Positions 27,027-37,282 are shown, numbered from the stretch's first letter. The stretch: 64,000 bases of DNA from a bacterium (GCA_030649025.1 JAUSGO010000031.1:9745-73744), one strand, 5' to 3'. Notes: generated by a model not told the origin, from the letters alone. Made by a program: numbers and translations.

Positions 27027-28283
27027 CTATTCTTTCACTATGGATACGAACTTCCCTTTCGCAAGGAGCGTCTCGACCTCTTCATGCGCACTAAGCTCTA
27101 AAGCATCTTTTATCACTCTACCATTTTTCCTGGTGATGGAGTAGCCCCGGGCTAAAATTCCGCGGGGATTGAGCGTTTTGAGCAGATCGGAAATGCGCCG
27201 TATTTCCTGACGATACTTTTCCATGCGCCCCGAAAAAGCGGTCTGCAATCTTGAAGAAAGCATTCTTCCTTTTTCTATCTTTTCAAGAAGCGGCCGCGCA
27301 AGCCGCCTCATCGCCTCCCCAAGGCGTTCGGATGCCAAACGTGCGTGCCGTTGTATTAAGCTTCCGAGTTCGACTTCCCACGTATCCAATTCGAATTGAA
27401 CTCCCTCGCGAGAAGGTGTTACAACCTCGGCGGCATTTGAGGGCGTAGACGCCCGCAGATCGCAAGCAAGATCCGCCAAAGTAATGTCCCGCTCGTGCCC
27501 GACGCCAACCACCACCGGGATTTTTGAAGCGAAGATCGCCCGCGCAACGCTCTCGGTGTTAAATGCCGCAAGGTCCTCTAGCGACCCTCCCCCGCGTACC
27601 ACAACCAAAACATCGGGTACGGGCATGTGATCGTTAAAATACTGTACCGCACGGACAACCTCTTCCTCGGCTTTAGCACCCTGCACATGCACGTTCATGA
27701 ACGATATTTCAATGCCGCCCCAGCGGTTGTTGAGAATTCTCAGAAAATCAGAATACGCCGCCGCCTCACGCGAGGTGATAAGTCCGATCCGCTCCGGAAA
27801 GCGAGGCAGGGTTTTTTTACGCTCGGGCAAAAATAACCCCTCCGCTTCAAGCTTCCGCCGCATAATTTCAAAAGCGCGCTTAAGCGCCCCTTCACCGACC
27901 GGCTCAATGGATTTTACGCGGAACGTGTATTTTCCGTAGGGAACATAGAGACCCGGAGAACCGGTTACGAGAACTTCCATGCCGTCTTCCAATTCCGTAC
28001 GCAACTGGAATGCCATGATAAAACAATTCATGCGCGCCGCCTCATCCTTGAGATCGAAGTAGATGAACTTTCCGTTCTGCGAGCGTTTGAAGTCGCAAAC
28101 CTCTCCCCGAACTCGCACCATCACTTCAGAAAGTTCCGCATTCACAAAGTTGCTAAGCTCGGCTACCGTATAGATTTTTTGATCATCAAGCAGCATAAGA
28201 TTCCTAAAAACATCATACCATATTTGGGAACTTGACCCCCACACCTTTAGTGCGTTGACGGCGCAAAGCGCCGCGAACAGCAT
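27027..28283 (-). CDS. xseA: Exodeoxyribonuclease VII large subunit.
   Basis: N-terminal OB fold plus the catalytic domain. Confidence 0.9.
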   Translation of the reverse strand: MLFAALCAVNALKVWGSSSQIWYDVFRNLMLLDDQKIYTVAELSNFVNAELSEVMVRVRGEVCDFKRSQNGKFIYFDLKDEAARMNCFIMAFQLRTELEDGMEVLVTGSPGLYVPYGKYTFRVKSIEPVGEGALKRAFEIMRRKLEAEGLFLPERKKTLPRFPERIGLITSREAAAYSDFLRILNNRWGGIEISFMNVHVQGAKAEEEVVRAVQYFNDHMPVPDVLVVVRGGGSLEDLAAFNTESVARAIFASKIPVVVGVGHERDITLADLACDLRASTPSNAAEVVTPSREGVQFELDTWEVELGSLIQRHARLASERLGEAMRRLARPLLEKIEKGRMLSSRLQTAFSGRMEKYRQEIRRISDLLKTLNPRGILARGYSITRKNGRVIKDALELSAHEEVETLLAKGKFVSIVKE

Positions 28284-28372
28284 CTAAAGCAGGAGAAGAA
28301 TTTTCTTGGAAATACACTTCTTGCTATATGCCCACGCGTACCATATACGCACTAAAGGTGAGGGGGTTGACA

Positions 28373-28400
28373 AAATTTAAAGAGATAGTATAATGGACAT
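28373..28400 (+). promoter_or_regulatory. Consensus sigma70-type promoter: TTGACA, 16-nt spacer, TATAAT.
   Basis: Exact -35 (28373-28378) and -10 (28395-28400) hexamers. No protein gene lies downstream on the plus strand. Confidence 0.5.
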
Positions 28401-28404
28401 CGTG

Positions 28405-28823
28405 AGGCTGAGTTCTTTTATGCCCCGACTAAAAGCGGCTGATTCGAGGAAGTATTGGCCTCCCCAATTTTTGTGAGGGGGGATAACGCTGAATTCCAGC
28501 TCCGGAACTGGGAACGCCGTGAAATCCAGTATAACCTCGCTTGATGATTGCGCGCATGCCGCCTCCTGTGGGGGCCATCACAAGGGGAAGAATCGCCCAC
28601 CATCTCTTTTTTTTACAGAGGGCGCTATCCCCGGTAAATTCGCGGAGAGTATCCCGTTTATCCTTTTGTCATTTGGAGTGCTACTCCCGACTCGGCCTTT
28701 TTGAAGCGCCCGACGGGACGGGGAAAGAAACCCCCGTCCTCCGGGCCAAACCCCGCCTTGCGGCGGATTGTTGGGTAAAAAACCCGGCGTGGTCTTCATG
28801 ACACGCCGGGTATAAATTTTTTT
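28405..28823 (+). ncRNA. Candidate structured ncRNA of about 400 nt, identity unknown, driven by the consensus promoter and ending at a terminator hairpin.
   Basis: No credible ORF. Many GC-rich helices, for example GACGGGG-AAAGAAAC-CCCCGUC and CCGCC-UUGC-GGCGG. The hairpin 28783-28810 is followed by a T-tract. RNase P, tmRNA and SRP signatures were not found by eye. Confidence 0.35.
28777..28823. terminator. Bidirectional rho-independent terminator: clpB on the minus strand, candidate ncRNA on the plus strand.
   Basis: Stem CCCGGCGTG...CACGCCGGG with an A-tract upstream and a T-tract downstream. Confidence 0.6.
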
Positions 28824-28879
28824 ACGCAAAAAAGGCCTGGAGACAATCCGGGCTTTTTAAAAAAACTCTCGTGCCGACC

Positions 28880-31501
28880 CTATTTCTTGGACACAATCAC
28901 CACTTTACCGCCTATCAGGTCGGCCTCTACCGTGTCCCCTTCCTTCACTTTGCCTTCTATGATCTCGCGCGCCATGGGGTCCATAATGACCGTTTGCATA
29001 ACGCGCTTTAACGGACGCGCGCCATACGACGGATCATAGCCCATACCCGCAAGAAATTTCCTTGCTGCCGTGGAAACTTCGAGTTTTACCTGTTTATCCT
29101 GTAGACGCTCGTTAAGCCTTTTCACCTGCACGTCCACGATCTTCTCTATCACGCGGGGTGTGAGGTTGTTGAATATCACGACTTCATCGATGCGATTTAA
29201 AAACTCCGGGCGGAAATGCTTTGTAAGTTCCCGTCCGACCTCCTCCTTGATCTCGTCTTTGGCAACACCCTCCATGAAAAGATTTTGCGCAAGGTTTGAG
29301 GTCATGATAATAATGGTATTTTTGAAATTCACCGCTCTGCCTTTGGCATCGGTGAGTTTTCCGTTGTCGAGCACCTGCAGGAGAATGTTAAAAATTTCCG
29401 GGTGCGCTTTCTCGATCTCATCAAATAGTACTACGCTGTAGGGCCTGCGGCGCACCGCTTCGGTCAATTGTCCCCCTTCCTCAAATCCGACGTAGCCCGG
29501 AGGAGAGCCGATGAGGCGCGATACGGCATGCTGTTCCATATATTCGGACATATCAAGCCGTATTAAAGCTTTTTCATCATTGAATAAGAACTCCGCCAGG
29601 GCACGAGCAAGCTCGGTCTTTCCCACGCCGGTAGGCCCCAGGAAAATAAACGATGCGGTCGGCCGCGTGGCCTCGGCAAGGCCCGCCCGGCTTCTGCGAA
29701 TGGCGTCCGCGATGCTCCGCACCGCATCATCCTGTCCGATAACGCGTTTCCCAAGGATCTCTTCCATGAGCGAGAGTTTCATGGATTCGGTTTCTCGGAG
29801 TTTGGTGACCGGGATCCCGGTCCATTGCGCCACCACGCGGGCAATATCCTCCTCATCGACCTCTTCTTTCAAAAAGCGGTGTTTTTTTTCAAGATCAAAA
29901 AGTTTTTTATCGAGGTCTTTTAGCTTATTTTCGACATTGGGCAGGCGGCCATAGCGGATCTCCGCAACCTTCTCCAGGTTCCCTTCCCGCTCATGACGTT
30001 CGGCTTCGGCACGAAGCCTTTCGCGTTCCTCCTTGGCTTTCCGGATCTCGGCTATCATATTCTTTTCCTTATGCCACTGCGCTTCAAGGATTTTGACCTT
30101 CTCTCTCGTATCGGCAATTTCCTTCTCGACTTTCTCAAGCCGTTCCTGTATGCGTTTGTCTTTTTTCCGTCCAAGAAGTTTTTGCTCGTTTTTTAACGCC
30201 TCGCGCTCGATCTCAAGCGTCGTAATGCGCCGAGAAGCCGTATCGAGTTCCTGCGGCATTGAGTCAATTTCCAGCCGAATGAATGAAGCAGCCTCATCCA
30301 TCAAATCAACGGCTTTATCTGGAAGGAATCGTTCGGCTATGTAGCGGTGCGAGAGTTCCGAGGCCGCGATAAGCGCCCGGTCGGTAATACGCACGCCATG
30401 ATGCACCTCGTAGCGTTCCTTGAGTCCCCGCAAGATCGCTATCGTATCTTCCACCGAAGGCTCTTTAACCAAAACCGGCTGGAAGCGTCGCTCCAGCGCC
30501 GCGTCTTTTTCAATATGGCGCTGGTATTCTTTGATGGTGGTTGCCCCGATGGCATGCAGTTCCCCGCGTGCAAGCGCCGGCTTAAGGAGATTTGAAGCGT
30601 CAATGGAGCCTTCGGCTGCGCCTGCGCCGATAAGCATGTGCAATTCATCTATAAAAAGGATGATCTTCCCTTCATTGGCCGTGACCTCCTTCACCACGGC
30701 TTTCAGCCGCTCTTCGAATTCCCCGCGGAACTTCGTGCCGGCAACCAGACTTCCCAGATCAAGCGCAACAAGCTCTTTGCGCTTCAAGCTCTCGGGAACA
30801 TCGCCCGCGACAATACGTTGCGCCAGACCTTCCACAATTGCGGTTTTTCCGACGCCCGCCTCTCCGATAAGCACGGGATTATTTTTCGTACGGCGTGCCA
30901 ACACCTGCATGACGCGGCGAATCTCTCCGTCTCTCCCGATAACCGGATCCAACTTCCCTTCCCGCGCGAGCTTTGTAAGATTCCGCGCATACTTCTCCAG
31001 TATCTGATATTTTGATTCCGGTTCATGCGATTCCACGCGCTGCGACCCCCGAAGGGATTTAAGCGCCTTAAGGGTCGCTTCCTCCGAAACATTGGCTTCT
31101 TCAAGAACCTTCAGGGCAAGGGATTTCTGGCGCAGGAGACCAAGGAGCAGATGCTCGGTAGAAACGTAATCGTCGTGCATTGTCTGTCGCGCACGATCGG
31201 CTTCGGCAAATACACCGGCAAGTTCCTGGGTCAGATACATCTGATTGCCGGCGTTCTCCTGAACATTGCGTGTCCGCGGAAGCTGGGATAGCGCTTCATC
31301 GGTACGGGCAAGTATCATTTTTGCGTCAATGCCTATTTTAGAAAATATCTGCGGAATAAAACCATCGGCGTCCGAAGCCAATGAAAAAAGAAGGTGCAGG
31401 GCGTCAATGCTCTGCTGCCCCCGGGCGCGCGCAACATGCGCGGCTTGTTCAACCGCCTGCTGGGCTTTGTTCGTGAAACTGTTCGGGTCCATGACGGGCA
31501 T
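28880..31501 (-). CDS. clpB: ATP-dependent chaperone ClpB.
   Basis: Two AAA+ modules with Walker A GEAGVGKT and GPTGVGKT, a middle coiled coil, and the N-terminal Clp_N domain. Confidence 0.95.
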   Translation of the reverse strand: MPVMDPNSFTNKAQQAVEQAAHVARARGQQSIDALHLLFSLASDADGFIPQIFSKIGIDAKMILARTDEALSQLPRTRNVQENAGNQMYLTQELAGVFAEADRARQTMHDDYVSTEHLLLGLLRQKSLALKVLEEANVSEEATLKALKSLRGSQRVESHEPESKYQILEKYARNLTKLAREGKLDPVIGRDGEIRRVMQVLARRTKNNPVLIGEAGVGKTAIVEGLAQRIVAGDVPESLKRKELVALDLGSLVAGTKFRGEFEERLKAVVKEVTANEGKIILFIDELHMLIGAGAAEGSIDASNLLKPALARGELHAIGATTIKEYQRHIEKDAALERRFQPVLVKEPSVEDTIAILRGLKERYEVHHGVRITDRALIAASELSHRYIAERFLPDKAVDLMDEAASFIRLEIDSMPQELDTASRRITTLEIEREALKNEQKLLGRKKDKRIQERLEKVEKEIADTREKVKILEAQWHKEKNMIAEIRKAKEERERLRAEAERHEREGNLEKVAEIRYGRLPNVENKLKDLDKKLFDLEKKHRFLKEEVDEEDIARVVAQWTGIPVTKLRETESMKLSLMEEILGKRVIGQDDAVRSIADAIRRSRAGLAEATRPTASFIFLGPTGVGKTELARALAEFLFNDEKALIRLDMSEYMEQHAVSRLIGSPPGYVGFEEGGQLTEAVRRRPYSVVLFDEIEKAHPEIFNILLQVLDNGKLTDAKGRAVNFKNTIIIMTSNLAQNLFMEGVAKDEIKEEVGRELTKHFRPEFLNRIDEVVIFNNLTPRVIEKIVDVQVKRLNERLQDKQVKLEVSTAARKFLAGMGYDPSYGARPLKRVMQTVIMDPMAREIIEGKVKEGDTVEADLIGGKVVIVSKK

Positions 31502-31645
31502 ATACTGAAAATTTCTAATGTCTAATGCCTAAATAGAGCTTGGGATGGATTTTTTTAATAATCTGCTTTGTTGGTATTTCGGAAAAAATGCTTGGTTGGT
31601 AAGTATGATGTAAAATAATGGCTCAATAATGGGTTTTTTTAATGC

Positions 31646-31678
31646 CATTATATCGAATTTTTGAAAAATTCGATATAA
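31646..31678. promoter_or_regulatory. Perfect 33-bp palindrome (16-bp arms), candidate operator in the clpB/helicase divergent region.
   Basis: ATTATATCGAATTTTT-G-AAAAATTCGATATAAT. It does not match CIRCE or CtsR consensus. Confidence 0.4.
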
Positions 31679-31764
31679 TTCCGGCGCTCCAAGAAAGCGT
31701 AAGCAAGCTTCCGCCTTGCTTCTCGCTTGGAATTATAGCATATCCTTTAGTACTTGACAAGAGC

Positions 31765-31792
31765 ATAAGATAATTATACAATTTATATTCGT
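31765..31792 (+). promoter_or_regulatory. Candidate promoter for the helicase gene: TTGACA, 16 nt, TACAAT.
   Basis: Near-consensus hexamers about 150 nt upstream of ATG 31944. Confidence 0.4.
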
Positions 31793-31943
31793 AGCTTTTT
31801 TACAATCTCGTGCTAACTCGTACTGACAAAGACCATGGGCGGCCTTGCCCTACAAAGCCTCTTATTCGAGGAAGTGCACGCAGTGCGCGCAAGTAGACAA
31901 GGCGGTCGCTTTCGCGATCTATGTCTGCCTGTGGGAGAAAAGA

Positions 31944-34244
31944 ATGCAATTACCAATTCTGGAATCGCGCGGTAAGATCATCGAAACAGTTTTCCAAAAC
32001 CAGGTCACCATCGTTGTCGGCGAAACCGGGAGCGGCAAGACGACGCAGATCCCGCAGTATTTGTACCACGCGGGGTTTGCCAAAGATGGCATCATCGGCA
32101 TTACGGAACCGCGGCGCATCGCTGCGATCTCCACCGCCGAGTTTGTTGCCAAGCAACTCAAAATGCCGCTTGGCGGTCTTGTCGGATACCAAGTCCGTTT
32201 CGACGACACGTCCTGCGACGGCACCCAGCTCAAGTTTATGACTGACGGAATTCTCCTTCGGGAATTCCAGTCGGACCCGGACTTGAGAAAGTATGCCATC
32301 ATTGTTGTGGATGAGGCTCACGAGCGGAGCCAGAACATCGATTTTGCTCTCGGCCTCTTGAAAAATCTTCTGAAGCGGAGAAAAGACCTGAAGGTCGTTG
32401 TGGCTTCTGCCACGATCGACGAAGGTAAGTTCTCGCGCTACTTCGACAACGCTCCCGTCATCAACGTTTCCGGCCGGATGTTTCCCGTAACCACCGCGTG
32501 GTCAGAGAAAAACATCCCGGAAGAAAAGATGGTGGATGCCGTTGTTGGAAAAGTAAGGGAGATCCACGAACAGGAAAGTCTTGGAGACATTCTGGTCTTC
32601 ATGACCGGACAGGACACCATTCATGCGGTCATCGAAGGCTTGGAAGAGCTTCATCTTTCGGATCTCGTGACCATCCCCGTCTACGCCGCCCTCTCCCAAG
32701 AGGAGCAGCAGAAAATCTTTGCTGCCTACCCCGGGAAACGCAAGGTGGTGGTTGCGACGAACATCGCGGAGACATCGATAACCATCGATGGCATCGTATG
32801 TGTAGTCGACTCGGGACTCGTCAAACAGTCCAACTTTCACCCCGAAAGCGGCATCGAAAGCCTCGACGTCGTGGAACATTCACAAGCCGGATGCGAGCAG
32901 CGCAAAGGCAGAGCCGGAAGAACGCAGGCGGGTATCTGCTACCGTATGTACACCCAGGAAAACTTTCAGGCGCGGACAAAGTTTACCGAACCTGAAATCC
33001 GCAGAACCAGCCTTGCAAGCGTGGTTCTGGCCATGGAGGACATTGGCATCAAGGATATCCGGGAATTCGATTTCATTGATCCGCCGGAGAAAGAGGCCTT
33101 TTTTGAAGCGTACGAGACCTTAATTGCACTCGGAGCAATTCTCCGGGAGAAGAAAGGTCTTACCGAGACGGGAAAATCCATGGCGCGTCTTCCCCTGGAA
33201 CCGCGCATTGCCCGCATGCTTCTTGAAGCGGCCAAGCACAACTGCGTCAAGGACGTCTCTACAATCGCGGCGTTTCTGTCGGTACGGAGCATCTTTGTCC
33301 GACCAAAGGAAAAGGAAGTTGAAGCCGATGCCGCGCATTACCGACTGAAGGTACCAAGTTCCGACGCACTCACGTTCCTGAAAGTCTGGCGAGCTTACGA
33401 GCAAGCTGGATTTTCCAGTTCCTGGTGCTTCGGTAACTTTCTGAACGCAAAAGCCTTGCAGGAGGTGGTGAAGATCCGAACCCAGCTTTTCGAGATCCTT
33501 TCCCGCGAGGGGATGGAACTTACGGAAAGCAAGGATCAGGACGCCATTGCCAAAGCGGTATCGGTAGGGTTGGCTTACAACCTTTTCGAACACCGGTCTC
33601 GGCAATGGTACAGAGGCGTGCTTCGTACAAACAGCGAGGTGGCAATTCATCCAAGCTCAGCCGTATTCGGCAACATGGGGCTGCATTGGGTGGTGGCTTG
33701 CGAAATCGTGCGCACAACTAAGGTTTGGGCACGAGGTTGCACGGCAGTGAAACCGGAGTGGCTGCCGGATATCGCACCCCCGCTTTACAAGTTCGGCGAA
33801 CCTATACTCGATTCCTACACCTCTGGTGAGGATTGGGTGGTGGCGAAAAAGCCGGTTCTCTTTCGCGACCAGATCGTGGGATACGCGAAAAGCAAAATCA
33901 CCATACCTGAAGCTGCTCGGATTCAGCAAGAACGGATACGGGAAGCTACTGCCAAGGGGATGATTGCCCTTACGTTCAAAAAGGCACCCGGCTTATTTGG
34001 CTCCCTCGACAACATGGTTGCCGAACTGAACGGCGTCTCTTACAAGACCTGGTCTCACTACGATGTTGAGGAAGAACAGACCTACTACTGTACTACCGAG
34101 GACTTTATCGGTAGAAAGTACGCGAGGACGGCGTTCAAGGTCTTCAATCTTCCTGAACACGAAGGAGAAAAAGCGACAGCTGCGAGTATACAACCAAGCG
34201 CTCTGGACAATCTTGCTAGACACTGGGGCGCGCGGTTGAAGTAA
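31944..34244 (+). CDS. ATP-dependent DEAH-box helicase, HrpB/HrpA-like.
   Basis: GETGSGKTTQ, DEAHERS and HA2/OB C-terminal domains. Start set at ATG 31944 with a GGGAGA RBS; the TTG start at 31845 was rejected. Confidence 0.85.
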   Translation: MQLPILESRGKIIETVFQNQVTIVVGETGSGKTTQIPQYLYHAGFAKDGIIGITEPRRIAAISTAEFVAKQLKMPLGGLVGYQVRFDDTSCDGTQLKFMTDGILLREFQSDPDLRKYAIIVVDEAHERSQNIDFALGLLKNLLKRRKDLKVVVASATIDEGKFSRYFDNAPVINVSGRMFPVTTAWSEKNIPEEKMVDAVVGKVREIHEQESLGDILVFMTGQDTIHAVIEGLEELHLSDLVTIPVYAALSQEEQQKIFAAYPGKRKVVVATNIAETSITIDGIVCVVDSGLVKQSNFHPESGIESLDVVEHSQAGCEQRKGRAGRTQAGICYRMYTQENFQARTKFTEPEIRRTSLASVVLAMEDIGIKDIREFDFIDPPEKEAFFEAYETLIALGAILREKKGLTETGKSMARLPLEPRIARMLLEAAKHNCVKDVSTIAAFLSVRSIFVRPKEKEVEADAAHYRLKVPSSDALTFLKVWRAYEQAGFSSSWCFGNFLNAKALQEVVKIRTQLFEILSREGMELTESKDQDAIAKAVSVGLAYNLFEHRSRQWYRGVLRTNSEVAIHPSSAVFGNMGLHWVVACEIVRTTKVWARGCTAVKPEWLPDIAPPLYKFGEPILDSYTSGEDWVVAKKPVLFRDQIVGYAKSKITIPEAARIQQERIREATAKGMIALTFKKAPGLFGSLDNMVAELNGVSYKTWSHYDVEEEQTYYCTTEDFIGRKYARTAFKVFNLPEHEGEKATAASIQPSALDNLARHWGARLK

Positions 34245-34253
34245 GTAAGCATC

Positions 34254-34290
34254 ATCGGCTCGGAAAACATCCCGAGCCGATTATTTTTAT
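34254..34290 (+). terminator. Rho-independent terminator of the helicase gene.
   Basis: ATCGGCTCGG-loop-CCGAGCCGAT followed by TTATTTTTAT. Confidence 0.7.
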
Positions 34291-34446
34291 TGGCACAGAG
34301 GGGCATACCCCGCACTAAAACTCGAATAACGTCCGCGAACAGATATTTATATGAGTCTCGGAATCCGCCTTCGGCTCTGGACATCACTTGCAAATGTCTG
34401 AAGAAAAGCTTAGTGCGGGGTTTCATTTTGTACCCCCGCCTTGGCG

Positions 34447-34487
34447 GGGAAAAAATATCAAAAAACACCTTAACTCAAGCGAGTTGG
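34447..34487 (-). terminator. Rho-independent terminator of ispH.
   Basis: On the minus strand: CACCAACTCGCTTGAGTTAAGGTG followed by TTTTTTGATATTTTTT. Confidence 0.65.
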
Positions 34488-34497
34488 TGTTTTAGTG

Positions 34498-35412
34498 TTA
34501 AGATCGGACATCCCAGGAGTCGTTACGCGCGAAGCCGAAAACTTCGAGTTTCCGCAATACGCTCTCTATGGAGGATGACGGCGTTGAGGCGCCGGCAGTG
34601 ACAAAGATGTGCTCCGCCCCGTCAAGATCTTCTTTCAGAAGTTCTTCATCGCGCAGAATAAAAAGCGTATGCCTTTGCAGTTCATTCGAGGAAATTTCCG
34701 CAAGATGCGTCGAGTTTGCGCTTCGCGGGTCTCCTATCACGATGACCGCGTCAAACGCTCTTCCCCGTTCGCGGAGCTCTGCTTGTTTTTTTGAGATATC
34801 GTCGCACATGGTTGGAATGTATCTCACATTCACAAACCGTGCGTGGAGCGCTTCAAGGATACGGTCAATTTCTTTGGCATTGAACGTCGTCTGGTTTACT
34901 ACGCCTATCGGTTCGCGTGCTTCATATGGAAGAGATGTAACTTCATCCGGAAACTGAACAACATGTACCTCGCCCTCAAGAACGCCGATAACTCCGGCAA
35001 CCTCCGGATGATGGCGCGAACGGATGCCGATAAGCACCATCTTCCTTCCCTCATTCTTGAGCTCAAGCGCCATCGCATGAAGATTTTTAACGATAGGGCA
35101 GGTCATATCAATAACCTGTTTATCGCCGAGTAGATCCCTGGCCTGCTCAATATCTTTCGGATTGCGGCCGTGCGCAGTAATAAAAAGCGTGCTTCCCTTC
35201 GCTTCTTCCATATGTTCTGTCACGCGTATGCCCTTTTGCTCAAGGTCTTCGACGGCAACCGCGTTATGCACAAGGTTCCCAAGAACAAAAAAGTTCTGGC
35301 CGTCTTTTCCCCGTATGTCTTTGGCTCCTCTTGCGCCATCTATGGCGCGCTCAACCCCCCAGCAAAACCCCGCGGTCCGGGCAAGCGTAACAGTACGCAA
35401 TAAGTGGGTCAT
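34498..35412 (-). CDS. ispH: 4-hydroxy-3-methylbut-2-enyl diphosphate reductase.
   Basis: LytB/IspH conserved Cys and His motifs over the full length. Confidence 0.9.
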   Translation of the reverse strand: MTHLLRTVTLARTAGFCWGVERAIDGARGAKDIRGKDGQNFFVLGNLVHNAVAVEDLEQKGIRVTEHMEEAKGSTLFITAHGRNPKDIEQARDLLGDKQVIDMTCPIVKNLHAMALELKNEGRKMVLIGIRSRHHPEVAGVIGVLEGEVHVVQFPDEVTSLPYEAREPIGVVNQTTFNAKEIDRILEALHARFVNVRYIPTMCDDISKKQAELRERGRAFDAVIVIGDPRSANSTHLAEISSNELQRHTLFILRDEELLKEDLDGAEHIFVTAGASTPSSSIESVLRKLEVFGFARNDSWDVRS

Positions 35413-35966
35413 CAGCGCCTCCTCTCAACCACAATACTTATCTCTCTTCCGGGATGATGGGGTGCCGCGTCAAAGTCCACGAAAAGCAGGACGGATTGGT
35501 ACGTTCCCAGGTCCAGCAAATTTTTATGGACGTTCAAATGCAAAGAGCCGTCTTTCACTTCGCCGGGCACCGAGCAGGGAAAGGTTCTGGCCAAGAGATG
35601 GCTCAACGCATTGCGCGGCTCCGTGCCGCCAAGAGACTGTATCCGTTCTTCCCGATCATGAACGAAATTCCGACCCTCGCCCCATGCAAAAATTTTTCGC
35701 ATGAAATCCAGAGCAAACTCCGGCAGATCATGCCGTACAAGGCCTTCTTCATTTTCCTGCACACAAAGCATCGGCAGAAAACCGGCCGTGGTGTGCTTCA
35801 CTTGGATGTTAACAATGCCATTCTGGATTTCAAGATGCTTAATCACGCCGTTCAGATGAGGGGTCAGGTCAATGAATTTGATGTGCTCAAACTCCGTTGG
35901 TAAAAGTTCATGTAGCCCGACATTAAGCGTCATGTGGCCCGTTTCCCGCTTCTGGCGAGTCGGCAT
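35412..35966 (-). CDS. YjbQ/UPF0047-like protein (secondary thiamine-phosphate synthase family).
   Basis: Weak family resemblance (GTYQSV, HLNVHK). It is longer than typical YjbQ proteins. Confidence 0.4.
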   Translation of the reverse strand: MPTRQKRETGHMTLNVGLHELLPTEFEHIKFIDLTPHLNGVIKHLEIQNGIVNIQVKHTTAGFLPMLCVQENEEGLVRHDLPEFALDFMRKIFAWGEGRNFVHDREERIQSLGGTEPRNALSHLLARTFPCSVPGEVKDGSLHLNVHKNLLDLGTYQSVLLFVDFDAAPHHPGREISIVVERRR

Positions 35967-36309
35967 ATCTTTTCCTCCTGTGATTTATGATGTAAATGTG
36001 CGTAAGGTATGAAAAGCTTATGATAAAAAATGCCGGAAGTCAACCCCGTTAGAGATCCGATACCTATTGCATTGGCACCCCCCCACCTCGGCTCTTAACA
36101 AAACTCTTGCTGGACAAAGAGGAGTTTTTTTGATATGAGGAACCCGAAAAGTTATGAGCGGAGCACCCTCCGCTCTTTTTCGTTGCCGTTGCGCGCTTGC
36201 AAAAAAAGGTGGCAGCGTGCTACAGTGTCCTTTCGGGCGCACAAATTCAAAAGGCTTGCCGTATGCGCCGCAGAAGGTCTTTTACAAATTCTTCCGGAGG
36301 AGACATTCA

Positions 36310-36744
36310 ATGATAAGAGCAGTTTTCGGCTTGATCACAATGGTTTTGCTTGCCGCCTTTCTCTTTATATGGGGAATGTACGGTTTCGTTGCGCCACTAC
36401 TCACCCACTCGGTCACATACGAAGATGGGGCTGTGTCTGAAATCAGGGCACCGGGGCCTTTCCTGCATGGCCGGATAAGCACCGTTCGGTACCAACGAAC
36501 TCAATATACCGAAGAAGCTTCATTGTTTCTGATGCCATTGCCGTTTTCTGACCCAGGGTCCATTTCCGTCTTGGCAGAGTTTGAACCGGATGGTTCCAGT
36601 CAAATCAAGCGAGTGATCATCGGCGACCATGCCTACACGGAGCAAACGCTGCACAATCACCCCGATGTGCTCGAAAAAGCCACAAGGGTGCTCAAACTTG
36701 GTCGCGTGAAATATGCGGAAATTACATTAACTCCGGAACGCTGA
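36310..36744 (+). CDS. Membrane-anchored hypothetical protein.
   Basis: ATG 36310 with a GGAGGA RBS and one TM segment. The upstream ORF-track extension was rejected. Confidence 0.4.
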   Translation: MIRAVFGLITMVLLAAFLFIWGMYGFVAPLLTHSVTYEDGAVSEIRAPGPFLHGRISTVRYQRTQYTEEASLFLMPLPFSDPGSISVLAEFEPDGSSQIKRVIIGDHAYTEQTLHNHPDVLEKATRVLKLGRVKYAEITLTPER

Positions 36745-36873
36745 TACGTTCTTTTCTGGGCAACACTGCCCAGATTTTTTTAATTTCCAGATCCGCACAC
36801 ACGGGTAACATAAAGCGCCCCCAGTGGGGCGCTTTTCTTCTTCCGATAGCCAAAGGGATGCGAGAATCTGTTT

Positions 36874-37128
36874 CTAGGAAAGATGTTTGGAGACGAGTTT
36901 TGTCATCTCAAACATATCAACCGTCGCCTTTCCGCCGAATACTACCTTCAGAGCCGCATCAGCATTGATATTGCGTTTCTTGGCAGGGTCCTGGAGGTTT
37001 TTGCTTTTAATATACACCCAGAGCTTTTTAACAACTTCCGATCTGGGCATTGGCCCCTCGCCGACTACGACGGCCAACTCCTTACTGACACTCATCGGCT
37101 TCATGAACGCTGAATTTTTTTGCGCCAT
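36874..37128 (-). CDS. SWIB/MDM2-domain protein.
   Basis: LAVVVGEGPMPRSEVVKKLWVYIKSKNLQDPAKKRNINADAALKVVFGG... matches the SWIB domain. Confidence 0.7.
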   Translation of the reverse strand: MAQKNSAFMKPMSVSKELAVVVGEGPMPRSEVVKKLWVYIKSKNLQDPAKKRNINADAALKVVFGGKATVDMFEMTKLVSKHLS

Positions 37129-37282
37129 ATATTGATATTACTTAATAATTATTAATTATCTGTGAGTTCATTATACCTGATTACACTTAAATTTACCATG
37201 GCACTTCGGTGGAAGAGAATTAGGCATGTTTGTACAACGCTGTGCTCCGGCGGCAGGATTCGAACCTGCGACCAAGGGATTA

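Noticed and set aside
28541-28801. The 86-aa and 61-aa ORFs inside the candidate ncRNA region.
   Set aside because: They have Arg/Pro-rich low-complexity composition and no RBS. They overlap strong RNA hairpins and terminators, so they are most likely spurious.
28405-28823. Calling the structured region RNase P RNA, tmRNA, SRP RNA or 6S RNA.
   Set aside because: I searched both strands by eye and found none of the following. P4-type motifs (GGAAAGUCCGG, ACAGAACCCGGCUUA). A tmRNA 3' T-arm with CCA, or a tag-peptide frame. An SRP domain IV motif (GGAAGCAGCC). The identity is therefore left open.
29070-31291. Numerous antisense and overlapping ORFs of 60-200 aa inside clpB, pilB, the M64-like gene and others.
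   Set aside because: They lie entirely within well-supported genes on the opposite strand or in a shifted frame, and have low-complexity Ala/Arg/Ser-rich composition typical of GC-rich antisense frames.
31646-31678. Interpreting the palindrome as a CIRCE/HrcA or CtsR operator of clpB.
   Set aside because: The sequence does not match the TTAGCACTC-N9-GAGTGCTAA or GGTCAAA-type consensus. It is kept as a generic operator candidate.
31845-31943. TTG start at 31845 for the helicase.
   Set aside because: ATG 31944 has a GGGAGA RBS 8 nt upstream. The extension adds a Cys-rich leader with no homology.
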